Below are positions 15,115 through 27,615 of a stretch of DNA of 64,000 nt, one piece after another. The first letter of the stretch is position 1; each line of letters starts with the position of its first letter. The notes beneath the pieces were generated by a model. That model was not told the origin of the DNA and searched no databases. It saw nothing but the letters and a program-made list of their open reading frames with translations. This DNA is from the human T2T-CHM13v2.0 reference genome, Homo sapiens: assembly GCF_009914755.1 (NCBI RefSeq), contig NC_060927.1; one strand, written 5' to 3'. The position numbers and the translations under genes were made by a program.

Positions 15115-18100
15115 GTAAGGACAGCGCTCTTCATCTCTTGATCTGCCTCCAGCTAATTCCTACACCTTCCTTCTTGTCATTCAGGTCCTTCCCCAAACAG
15201 GGGCAGGTCTGCTAAGACCTGTAAGCAGGAAATTCCTTGGGAACCAGGACATTCTCTTTAGAAGGAAGATAGGGCAGGCTGGATTTATGCTGCAAAATCA
15301 ACTAAAAGGGATATGCTGAACCATTCCAGCACTTACTTGGAGGAGAGGGATGGTTAAAGGGGTCATCTATTTACTTTTTTAGTGTTTGAACCTTTTTACT
15401 GTAGGATTGTCATCATGCATTACTTATATAATTAAAAATACAAATTTAAAAATCCAACAAAAGTCAACTGGAGGATGCCATGGTGGAGGAGAGCAAGGCC
15501 ATGTCAGTGGAGCCTCGCCCTGCCTAAGTGAAAGGCTCCTGCAGCTGCCGACTGATGAAGCATAAAATTAACAAGCTAGAGCTGCAGATTGGATTAGAGT
15601 GCAGGGCCTCCAGGCGCGTCCCCCAGGCACATCCCCCAGGCAGCTGGTGCAGTGGGGGCTTCTGCTGGGAGAGGGCTTGTGGGGCAGGGAAATACCCCTG
15701 AATTCGGGGAAGTGTGATTGACTGCCAGCCTTTGAGTTCCCTTCTCATCCATGCCAGGCGGAGCACTGGTGCAGAGGACTGCAAACATTCCTCCCAGCCC
15801 TGAGACTCAGTCATGGGAACCTCTGGCCTAACAGGCCCTAGAAGCTGGCAGTCACGTGGGATCTGCATTCACACACACCCAAACCCAGAGTCACGTGCAG
15901 GGGTGCCTTACTTTCCTGGGTGGAATCCCAGGTGGGGCCAGGGCAGGCTGGAAGGAACCAAGGCCAGGCATAAGCTGAGCATAGAGTCCTAGATGATAAA
16001 CAGGCCAAGCAGGCCTAGACGGAGGTTCAGCCGAGGCAGGAAAGGGGAGCAGGTATTAGTGGAGCAGCCCTCACAAGCAGAGACAGATGACCATCCCAGG
16101 GCCGGGTGGGCAGGGTTTGAAGTTTTGATCAAGGCCAACAGGAGGTCAGGCCTAAAGGTACCATCCAGACCTTGTGGGAGCAGGGATACAGGTGCTAGGA
16201 TCACCTTAACAGGCCCAGAGACAGTGGCAGAGATGGGGTAATGAGAACTTTACAGGGACATAAAGCCAAAGGAAGCCAGGCTGGGGACAGGCCCATGCAG
16301 GCAGAGTGGGGATGAACTGGGAACCTGATTCTCACTTAGACCCAGAGCCCAGGACTCTCTCTGGAGTCAGGAGGTCCCATTGTTACCCGAAAGCCCTGGC
16401 TGCGGCTTTGAGGCACCCCTCACCCCCACCAGAAGGGAGTACAAGGACCAGAAGCGTTTTCTCCTCTGCCTGCCCCTTTCCCTGCACTGAGTGGGGTATG
16501 GCAGCAGGGGCTTCCTTCCCGTGTCCATGTCCCTCATTGTTCCCACCCACTTGTGCACAGCACAGGGTAGTTGCTCCTGCTTGGTGGTCCCACGATATCC
16601 AGCATGGCCTGGGCTGCCAGTCCACAGGACCGGAATAGCTGCCACTCTGTATTGACGTCCATCACGTGCCACCCAGAATGCTGGGTGCTCTGGGCAGCAG
16701 GAGAAAGGCTGAGGTGTGCCATCTCCCTGTCCCACTGGACACTCAGGTCTCCATAGGCCCCAGGAGATCTGTGAGGGTCCTGAGGCATGACTGGCAGACA
16801 GATCCTGGGCTTGCCCTCCCAGCCATGCTGGGGAGCATGGTGTCAGGGAGCGTGGTCCAGCTGAGGCACCGATGGGGCTGGGGAAACCCTGAAGGGGCAG
16901 GCCCCATTGACGTGGCCCCTTTCTGCCCACTAGACCGCCGCTGAGGCTGTCCTGTGGCCTGACCCACATCAGTGCAGGTGAGGCCAGACTTGCCAGGCCT
17001 CCAGCGGGCAGCTGAGAGCCCACGTCTTCTCTTCCCATTCCCCCTGCACTGCTACATGGGGGCCCATTTCCTTGATGCTCCCCTCCGCTTAGACACTGAC
17101 ACACCTTTGCTTGATTGTCTTGGGCCAGTGGTGTTGTGGCCTTTTCCTGGGTTCAGTCCTCCTGTCTCTTATTCCCTCTGTCTCTCCTTTCAGCTTCCTT
17201 TATTCCAAGCCAGGGATCACCCTCACTTGCATTCAGGAATGCACTTCATAACCTGTCTGTCTGAGGCAGGTGGCCTGCCTGGGTTTCCTGGAGGTTATAT
17301 TCATGACATCAGGGAAGCCAGCCATCTGGCCTGGGGGGCTGAACTTACTGGTGCCCACTCTGTGCTCCAGGCATGGCACTGTGACTACTGGGTCCCATCC
17401 TACAACTATCAGATCAGAGTCTCTGGGGGATGGTGCTGGAAATTTGTGGTTTTTAAGAGCTGGCTCTTGTGCTGGCCACAGGCTGGTGTGTGGGGACTGT
17501 TGGCCTGTCCCCTCTCCCTTTACTCGTGAGGGATCCAGGCCCAGAGAGGAGCTGTGTCCCTTGTTCAGGAATGCCCAGCGGGTCACTGACAGCCAGAACT
17601 GGGTCTCCTGACACCCCAAGCTGCCACTTCTTAGCTGGAATTGTGGGGTTTTTCCACCCAGAAGCCAGCCCCTGTTCCTATCCCAATCAATACGCAGTTG
17701 GTTGTTCACTTCCATTTTCATAGCCAAAGTCAATATTAGCTCCTGCAGAGATTTATTTTACTGAATCAATAAAGCTGTGTGTGGCAGCTCATATTTTAGC
17801 AGGGGAGCCTCCACCCCCTCCCGGGAGCTTACTTGGGGACTTTATCGGTTGGCACACTGGTGGGGAAAGGAATGCAAAGTGTTAGTGTTGGAACAGATGG
17901 TGTTATTGAAGGGGCAAGGCAGACAGGACCTGTGGTGGGCTGGCAAGCAGGTGGGGGGCTCACCTTTCACTGCACGTCAAGGTGTGCAGGCTGGGGATGG
18001 TGTGGGGCCAGGTGTGAAGGTCACCCTTAGAGGGAGGCCCTGAGGCAGTGGGGGCCCCACCTCTGCCATGGGCCCACTTCACTGCTGGAATCTGGCCATG

Positions 18101-18439
18101 ACATGTAGGTCCTCCTGTTTATGAGGCTGGCTACTGCCTTTTCCAAGTGAAAGCTCCCTCAGGACAGAGACCTCATTTGTCCTTGAACTCCCCACAGTCA
18201 TGACACCTTAGACCTGTGTAAATGTTGACTAGATGAAGGAACAATATAACATATTTGATATTTACTGCGAGCTCTTCTTCCACTGAAAGCATTTCTTACA
18301 TCATGTTGTCCTTACAATAGCTTGCTCAACTAGGTATTGTTACAGTGCTCATATTGCTGAAGAGGTGATTGAATCTTAGAGAGATCATATGCTAGTTTCT
18401 CAGCTGGAGAGGGGCAGAGTGAGAATCGCAAACAGGCAT

Positions 18440-18850
18440 TGTCAGAGTTTGAGTTCTCCCAGAAGCAGACCCTGCTCCTGGGCTCATGTGCAGGGAATTT
18501 ATTTGGGAAGTGATCTCAGGAAGTTCAGAGAGGACCCTGGAAGTGAGACACGAAAGGGGAGGAACCAAAGCAGGTGTTTTATGGGCAGATGACTGGATGA
18601 GTCACCAAGGCTCAGTCCCACAGGAGACCTCACCAGGAAACGTGACACAGAGCTGTTCCACTCAAAGGCCAAAGAAGCCAGGGTCCTTGTTCTAGACCCC
18701 CATCTGTCATTGGCCTTACGTCCAGCTCCTTGAGGCTGGGAGGATGCTCTGAGGCTGAGAGTAGCAGGTGCTGTGGCAAGGGCTGGTCTGAGGGGATGTG
18801 GCAGGACACCAGCAGCGTGTGCCCCAGGATTTGTACCAACCACCATAGAA
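18440..18850 (-). mobile_element. Old ERVL-type LTR (LTR33/LTR16-like)
   Basis: cccagaagcagaccctg...tttatttgggaagtgatctcaggaag...gaagtgagacac motifs. Confidence 0.5.
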
Positions 18851-20749
18851 CAAATTGAGAAATCGTAGGTGTTCTGTGTTGCAGGTGATCAGTGCAAATC
18901 TTGAGTTGGGTGTAAGGGGACAGGCATTTAGGTGAAATTTCAATAGCTGAGAAGAGCTTTATTCGCTGCCTTCTTTCCAAAGAGTCTAAGCTGCTGCCTT
19001 TGGGGAGGACGCATTTGTCTCTTCTTCTGTGGAAAACGCGCGTGGATTCACCTTTGCAGCTAGAAGTTGCATTCCATGTGTGCGGCTGGCAGCTAGTTTA
19101 GGTGATTCAGAACAAGTATACATTTCTAATTTAGTAGATTTATAAAACCATACACTATATTTCCAATAGCTCCAGGGCATTGTATACAAATTAAATTCAT
19201 AATTTAAAGCAGATGCAGGGAGAGCAGCAGCCCAGAGCCATGTTCGTCCAGCACTTTCATGGCGGAGCAGCAGCTCCTGGCCCGGGCTGGGCATGGGGCC
19301 TCAGCCTCTGGCTGCAGGGAAGGAAAGTATGTGGATGCCCGTGTCCCTGGGCAGGGCCCCATAGCACCTGCCCTGAGAAATGGAACCCCACAATTTGGCC
19401 AGGGGAGCATCTGCCTCATGTTTTTAAATAATAAAGTGCGTTAGAGGTGGGCTGCGGTTATCAGAAGTGCATAGGGGCCAGTCTGCTGGCCTGGGTGAAC
19501 TGGGCTCCAGGGGATGCTGGGGAAGGTATGTTTAGCCTACCTGAAGGACAGCTGCCTCTCTGCCCAGCCAGTTGTCACCTATGAGACTGCAGGGTAAGTG
19601 CCATCAAGTCTTCTGACTTTTAAAGAGAAGCTGGAAAGCCAAATTGTTGTATTAAATCTTCTGGCTCCATTTCTATGTTGGAGCTAATTCAGATTTATTT
19701 TTTTTGTTGTTGTTAAATTCAATGTGGGCCAAATAGAAGAGGACTGAGAGCCAGATACAGATTGCAGGCAGCAAGTTTGTAAACTCCATTTTAAAAGTCT
19801 CACCGTATAGAATGTTACATAGCTGAAGAGTAGAAGGGAAGCGTGAGAATGAGGGGGGTGAAGGTGGCACCTGGTGGCCAGGGGAGGCCGCACCTCACTC
19901 TTCTCTTCAGCTATCCATCTGGCAGCTCACCTGGGCATGAGGGACATGATGAGTAAACGTGGCCATGGGGGCCCACAGGATTCTCCTACCTGGAAAGGGG
20001 CTTTGTCCAAATGCAAATAACCATCAACCAAAGAACTGTGTGAATCATGGTTATTCAATAATTTTAAATTATCTTATTGAATCACCCTCTTTTAATTTCT
20101 TCCAAGCATTCATTGAGCTCTATCTAAAATGATCTAATTTGTCATACAGCAGACGCTTGATAACTGGACTTTGTCAAGGTCGACGTTGTCCCCCAGCATC
20201 TAGAACAGGCTTGGCACACGGCAGGGTTTCAGTGTGTGTTGCCTGGTAGGAGGACTCATTCTCATGGGAATCTGCCCCATCTTCCATAACACCTCTGTAC
20301 TGGGTATGGCCATTGAGGACCCCTTCTCGGGCTTCCCTGGTGCATGACCCTCAACCGGAAACAAGTTCCCCATTTCTGCTTTATACTGTCTTCCTTTGAA
20401 AAAACAACAAATGATGAGGAAAAGCTACCCAGCATGTGGAATTTGCTAGATGGTCAAGAAGAGGCCAGTGGCCAATGTGGGAACCACTTTCTGACCAAAC
20501 ATTCTGATGGCTTTACTCATGCGGGGGCTCCTCCAGTTTCCAGATGTGCTTCCCTGGTCTCCTCCTCTTCCAGTCTTGGCTCAGATGGCGAATCATACAG
20601 AGCACCTTTGCCCCACTCACCTGGCACCTGGACCACCTCCCTCATCCCTCACATCACATCATGTTGGAATTGTCCCTTTATCCAACCCCTGCCCAGACAC
20701 TGAGCCCCTAAGTGGGGACAGAGCTTGTATATGGGGTTGGAAGAAGTGA

Positions 20750-21010
20750 CTGTAATAGCAGCTGACATTTCCTGACCATGAATCTGGTGCCAGGTTCTGT
20801 GCTCACTGGCCTCACTGGAATTCTCTTATTCAGTCTTCACAATATCCTGATAGCCTAGATACTATTATTATCCCCATTTTACAGCTGAAAAAAATGAGGC
20901 ACCAAGAGGCTGAGTTATTTTCCTTAAGTCTTACTGTCCAGGCAAACCAAGAGTGCACTTGGGGAACTTGACTTGAAAGCTCTTGCCCTTAACCTTGGCA
21001 CTATACTGTC
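20750..21010 (-). mobile_element. MIR SINE
   Basis: actattattatccccattttacagctgaaaaaaatgaggcac. Confidence 0.7.
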
Positions 21011-21395
21011 CCCCCAAGCTAATGTTCCGGAAATATTAGTGGAGAAATGATTAAATCCTACAGTCCCTTACAGATAGCACCACAGAACCTGTGGTGTTTA
21101 CAAATGCTTTCAAGTCATCATTTCCTTTACGATCATCATACTCTTGATTTTAAAGGACAGTCTAAAGGCACTCCAGGCCGAGTCCCCTAACCTTACCCAT
21201 CTGGAAATTGAAAACAAGCACCATCAGTCTCCAAGGAGTCCTGAGCTGGGGGTGCTTTGGTTCAGTTCCTACCTGCCACTGAGGAGAAAAATCAGAGTGG
21301 GCCTGTGACGTGGACTAGATGTGCAATCTGTGTTGTGGGGTCCAGACCTCAGCCTGGGGACACCCTGTGCCAACTCTCTTTACCTTGGCTCCTAG

Positions 21396-21530
21396 ATTGC
21401 CTGTGCCGCTGTTGACTGTGTCAAAGACAAGAACCAAGACCTGTGCCAGCAGGAGGCGGTCAAGGGCTACCCCACTTTCCACTACTACCACTATGGGAAG
21501 TTCGCAGAAAAGTATGACAGCGACCGCACA
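21396..21530 (+). CDS. PDIA5: PDIA5 coding exon E (135 nt): IACAAVDCVKDKNQDLCQQEAVKGYPTFHYYHYGKFAEKYDSDRT
   Basis: Acceptor ggctcctag|ATT and donor ACA|gtaagt. Contains AAVDC and VKGYPTF thioredoxin motifs; 45 codons, phase 0-0. Confidence 0.96.
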
Positions 21531-21868
21531 GTAAGTGGGGGAGAGGCGTCTGCCCAGAGCTCTCTCTCTGCTGATGGGCAGGGAAACTTCCACTGAGGAG
21601 GGGCAGCACTGGGCAGCATCCCAGAAACTGCAGAAGTCAGCTGGAACACTGCACCGAGAGGCCCAGGCCCTGGGCCTGGCTGAGGCTTGACATTGTTGGA
21701 GGAGAGTCCCAAGGGGTTGCCACAGATGTCCTGTCCCCAGAGGCAGGCTGGACTCCAGATGCCGAGGGTTTTCTCACTTGCTGGTCGGGGCTGGTGCAAG
21801 CCACGCAGACCCTCTCCACCTTGCAGAAGTCTGCCCACCTCTCCCTGTCATAGGAGTGACCCCCTGGA

Positions 21869-21954
21869 GGGGCTGGGGGTGTGGGGAGAGAGAGTGCACA
21901 GCCAGCTCAGGGATTAAAGCTCTTTCTCTCTCTCTCTCTCCCACTTCCCTGCAG
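21869..21954 (+). ncRNA. MIR7110: Tailed-mirtron pre-miRNA hairpin (mir-7110) at the 3' end of the last PDIA5 intron
   Basis: The 5p arm TGGGGGTGTGGGGAGAGAGAG (21874-21894) is complementary to the 3p arm TCTCTCTCCCACTTCCCTGCAG (21933-21954), which ends exactly at the acceptor AG. The arm sequences match miR-7110 from memory; I did not check a database. Confidence 0.8.
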
Positions 21955-22035
21955 GAATTGGGATTTACCAATTATATTCGAGCCCTCCGGGAGGGAGACC
22001 ATGAAAGACTAGGGAAAAAGAAGGAAGAGTTATAA
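21955..22035 (+). CDS. PDIA5: PDIA5 terminal coding exon F: ELGFTNYIRALREGDHERLGKKKEEL*, with KEEL ER-retrieval signal
   Basis: Acceptor (ct)n ccacttccctgcag|GAA; TAA at 22033-22035; KDEL-like C-terminus. Confidence 0.96.
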   Translation, partial: ELGFTNYIRALREGDHERLGKKKEEL

Positions 22036-22190
22036 TTCCTGCCTCAGAAAAAGCTTTTCCATTACACTGTGAATGATACCTGTTTTGTTGTTTCTGAATT
22101 TCCACATGTTCTGAAGACAAATTTTTTATAGCCGCTTATGGCCATTTTGTACAATTTTGAAATAAAATTAAACCATTTATTTGGTGGTAT
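22036..22190 (+). other. PDIA5: PDIA5 3' UTR (about 150 nt, end approximate)
   Basis: Lies between the stop codon and the expected cleavage site downstream of AATAAA. Confidence 0.8.
22161..22172 (+). terminator. Polyadenylation signal of PDIA5 (tandem AATAAA + ATTAAA)
   Basis: AATAAA 22161-22166 abuts ATTAAA 22167-22172, with TGTA upstream (22148) and GT/T-rich ttggtggtatggtttatttt downstream. Confidence 0.85.
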
Positions 22191-22425
22191 GGTTTATTTT
22201 CGTGGAGCCTGTACTAAAAAAGGTGGATACTCACATCCTCCTCATTCCACCACCTCTGCTGGGAGGTACAGAGCAGTGCTCCAGTGCCCCATCTGCATGG
22301 AGGTGACTCCTGAGGGTGTCGGCCCCCTGTCAGTCATTTGAGAGCAGAACAGGGAAACTGGACCGCAGAATATCCTGCTGGAAAATGACAAGCTAATGAG
22401 AGGAAATACGTCAAGATGATCAATG

Positions 22426-22700
22426 ACTTTGGGAGGCTGAGGTGGGAGGATCACTTGAAGCCAGGTGTTCAAGACCAGCCTGGGAAACATTATGAGACCT
22501 CATGTCTACAGAAAATAAAGTTGCTGGGCATAGGGGTACATGCCTATAGTCCCAGCTACTTGTAAGGCTGGGAAGGGAAGATTTCTTGAGCCCAGGAGTT
22601 CAAGGCTGCAATGATCTATGATCGCATGACTACTCCAGCCTAGCTAGAAAGCAAGACCTGTCTCAAAAATAGAAAAAGAAAAAGAAAGAAAAAAACAAAA
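22426..22700 (+). mobile_element. AluJ, 5'-truncated
   Basis: Begins at actttgggagg; A-rich tail; aagatgatca repeated on both flanks. Confidence 0.88.
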
Positions 22701-24947
22701 GATGATCAGGGAAATTGGGATGCTGAAGCAAATGGTAACCAAACACTAGCTTCTTCTGGATCATTGCGGTTTCAGCATTGGTGTGTTTCCTCTGTGTGTG
22801 TTTTCCTGGAACTTACTTAGGTATTTATCTTTCTCCAGCTATTTGTCTTCTCTTCGTCTCTCCATTCCCTCCCCAATCTCCCTTTAAAGAAAATTAAGTT
22901 GCCGCTTCAGGGGCATGAATGGAGTGGGGGAAGGGGGGCTCTGTGCCAGCTGCTTGCTGTGCACCCTGGCTGGAAGGGATGGTGTGTTCTCGAGGTGCAG
23001 ATATTAGATCTGCTCACCAGCCCCCACCACCAACCATAATAACCCCAAATCTTTACGCCACGTTTTCCATGGATGGGTGCCTTGCTCGGCCTCCTGCCTG
23101 TGTACATCTCCTTTTTGACCCACCTTTCTGGTGAGTCCTCCTGCTTTCTGCATTCCTGCGTGACTGACACCCCAGCCCTGTGCCCAGCGGTGCAGGCAGA
23201 GCCTGAGCACAGCAGTAACATGTTTTGTCTGCTTGGTGGTATTTCTCCATGGACAGCAGAGTGGCCTTGTGCTAGTATCTTGTCTTTAGTTATAAGTAGC
23301 GGTCCTAGAGTTGGATTCCTCCAGTAGTTCAGGGGGGCGTTGCTTAAGCTGCAGTACTTGGAAGCACGCTCTGGTGGCCTTGATGGGGACTTGGCCTGCA
23401 GGAACAGCCCTCCTTTCCTGGACCCAGCTCCCTTCCTCCTGGCCTAAGTCCTTCCTGCTGATGAATCTGCTGAGAGGAGGACAGAGCCTCCAAGTTCTTC
23501 ACAGCTGTTTTGACGATGGTGCCACTGTGGGTGGTTTCATTAAGGGAAATCAAGGTTTTGAGAGCCCTTGTTCTGTGCAGTTCTCCAACTTTCCAATTGA
23601 CCCTCCTGCCAGTTCAGCTCTTCTCTTTTCCCCTAAGCACCCACTTCCTTGGCAGTGGCCCCTGGACTTCACCCAAGGATTGGATATGAAAGACAGAAGC
23701 ATACATTTAGACATCATTGAAACACAATTATTGAGTCCCTTCCTGTTGGGGACCATGAACATCTTACAAGGTGTCATTTAATCCTGACACAGGTGTTTAC
23801 CATTCTAGCATGTGTGTGTCTGGACATGGGTCTCCTTCGTTATTTGGAGTATTTGTAGGGGGAACATATTTGCTTGTGTTTTTCAAAAAAGTTTTTTGTT
23901 TGTTTGTTTTTGGGTTTTTTTTACTGCACCTTTTCAATAATAATCTCACAAGAGCCACTTCCTGGCTGAGGACCACTAGTGCCCACCTGCGAGGCACAGA
24001 GCTTACTTTCTGGCCATTCCACATCCTCAGAGTTCAGATTTTCCTGGCTTAGCTTCTATTTGAAGACTTAAAAACATGAAATATTGTCAAATATAGATTT
24101 AAAAAAAATTTTTAACACATCATGAAATGGAATCCTCTTCACATCCCTATTTATTCACTTTGGGCATGACCTCAGCAAATTTCGTCGCAGCTCTGGGCAG
24201 CTCCCCCTGCGGACAGAACTCTCTTCCTCCACTCGCCCCCTGGCATCCGGGTTAGTTCTACTCCCAGTCACCATGCTTGGTTCTTTGTGGTTTCACTGAT
24301 GTTTAGTGCAGACCTCCTCCCTCTGCCCCACTGGAGGGCTTGCTATCACCCTCCTCTGTTCGCCTGGATCCTGCGTTGCAGGCTGATTTCTCTGCAGGAA
24401 GTACGTGAGTTAGGGGAGAACTGATCCCCATCTTTATTCTGGTGCCCCTTGCCCAGCAGTGAGTCCCCATCACCACCTAACTGGAGCCTTCCGAGCAGGA
24501 CCCTGTCTCTCTTACCTTCCTCATGCTGCTCCGTCCCCTTCTAGAGGTGTTTGGCTTCCAGGAGCTGTTCTGCGCCGGGCACGGGAAGGTGATGCTTCCA
24601 GGTTCAGAAGCTGGTTTTCTCCACCGCAACGTAAGAAGATGTGGAATCTCATCTGGAAAGCATCAGGCCCTCTTAGGAAGGCAAAGCCTATGTCCAGGGG
24701 TTACATCACCTGCCCACATCACATGGAATAACACAGGCACCAGCCCTGCCCGCAGGAGGCTCCCAGTTTGAGAGTGAGTGCACATTGGTGCTCAGAACCA
24801 AACTCTGTGCATTGTGCTCTTACTGTTTCCCATTCTTTTATTGTTGACTAGAAGAAGGAAGCTGATATTCTTAAGCTATCTATCAAAACCAAATTATGCT
24901 TATGGTCCCACCAAATATATGTCACCTCCAAAATCTTCTATTTTAGG

Positions 24948-25018
24948 CCAGTGTTATCCAATAGCCATTAGCCACATATGAGTATTGAGTACTTGAAATT
25001 TGGCTACTGCAGCTGAGT
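24948..25018. mobile_element. MER3/MER33-like hAT-Charlie fragment
   Basis: cagtgttatccaatagccattagccacatatgagtattgagtacttgaaatttggcta. Confidence 0.5.
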
Positions 25019-25828
25019 GAAGGTGTGTATGTCTATGCCTTTTTATATTGTGGTAAAATATACATAGCACACAATTTACCATTTTAATCATTTTTAAAGG
25101 TACAATTCAGTGGCACTAAGTACATTTACATTGTTGTCCAACCATCATTATGATCCATCTCTAGAACTTTTTCATCAACCCAGACTGAAACTCCATAACC
25201 ATTAAAGAATAACTCTCCATTCCCCACTCCTCCTAGCCCGGGTAACCACTATTCTACTTTCTGTCTCTATGAATTCCACTATTCTAGGAACCTCATATAA
25301 GCAAAATCATACATCCTTTTGTATCTGGCATATTTCACTTAGCACATTGTTTTCAAGGTTCATTCTTGAAAGTATGTAGCATGTATTAGAATCTCATACC
25401 TTTTTAAAGGCTGAATAATATTCCATTGTATGTGCATACCATATTTTGTTTACCCATTCATCCATCAGTGGACATTTGGGTCAGTTTCACCTTTTGACTA
25501 TTGTGAAGAATGCTGCTGTGAACATAGATGTACAAGTAAATACCTCTGTGACATCCCATTTTCAATTCTTTTGAAGGTGGAGTTACTGGGTCATCTGGTA
25601 ACTCTATTTTTAATTTTTTGAGGAATGGACAGACCATTTTCCACAGTGGCTGCACCATTCTGCGTTTCCACCAGCAAGGCACGAGGGTTCCAATTTCTCC
25701 TCATCCTCGCCAACAGTTATTTTCTGGTTTGGTTTCATTTTTAATAGTAGCCATCCTAATGGGTGTGAAGTGGCATCTCATTGTGGTTTTGAAATGTGTT
25801 TCCCTAATGATTAGTGATTTTGAGCATC

Positions 25829-26134
<306 letters not shown>

Positions 26135-27042
26135 TGAGCATCTTTTCATATGTTTATTTTCCATTTGTCTATCTTATTTGGAGAATAAGATATTCTCTTA
26201 TTCTCTTTAAGTTGTTGCCCATTTTCACATTGGATCGTTTGGTTTTGTGTCGTTCCCTTGTAGGAGTTATTTATACATTCTGGATATTAATCCCTTATCT
26301 AACATATAATTTGCAAATATTTTATCATGTTCTGTGAGTTGTCTTTTCACTCCCTTGATAATGTCCTTTCATGCACAAAACTTTTAATTTTTATAAAGTC
26401 CACTTTATCTTTTCCTTTGTTGCCAGTCTTTGGGTGTTATATCCAAGAAATCGTTGCCAAATTCAATGTCCTGCAGCTTTCTTCCTATGTTTTCCTCTAG
26501 AAGTTTTATAGTTTTAGCTCTGAAGTTTTTTATTCATTTGGAGTTAATGTTTATGTATAGTGTAAGGTAAGGGTCCAATTTCATTGTTTTATAAAATATA
26601 TATAACTTAAGATTTACCATTTTAACTATTTTTGAGTATACAATTCAGTGGCACTGATACCACTTTTGTTGTTCGAGTCTTAACAATAAAATAATGGGAA
26701 ACAGTAAGAGCACAATGCACAGAGTTTGGTTCTGACCAGCAATGCCTAGTCACTCTCAAACTGGGAGCCTCCTCTGGGCAGGGCTGGTGCCTGTGTTATT
26801 CCGTGTGATGTGGGCAGGTCACGTAACCCCTGAGCATAGGCTTTGTCTTCCTAAAAGGGCCTGATGCTTTCCAGATGAGATTCCATATCTTCTTATGTTG
26901 TGGTGGAGCAAACTAGTTTCTGAACCCAGAAGTATCACCTTCCCATGCCTGGCACAGAACAGTCCCTGGAAGCCAAACACCTCTAGACAACATACATAAC
27001 ACTTTATGTTATGTGTATTTTATGTAACATAATGGATATCCA

Positions 27043-27405
<363 letters not shown>

Positions 27406-27615
27406 TCACTCTAGTTGAAAATCATCTGGTTACATATGTGAGGGTTTACTTCTGGGCTCTCTATTCTATTTAATCGGTCAGTATGTCTGCCTGTATGTCA
27501 GTACTACATTGATTACTATAGGCTTGTAGTAAGTTTTGAGATCAGGAAGTGTGAGTCCTCCAGCCTTGTTCTTTTTTGAGATTGTTTTGGTTTTGGATGG
27601 GTCCCTTGAAATTTC

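Noticed and set aside
16306-17733. Cluster of overlapping 110-245 aa ORFs in intron D-E
   Set aside because: GC-rich sequence lowers stop frequency; no recognisable domain and no consistent exon structure.
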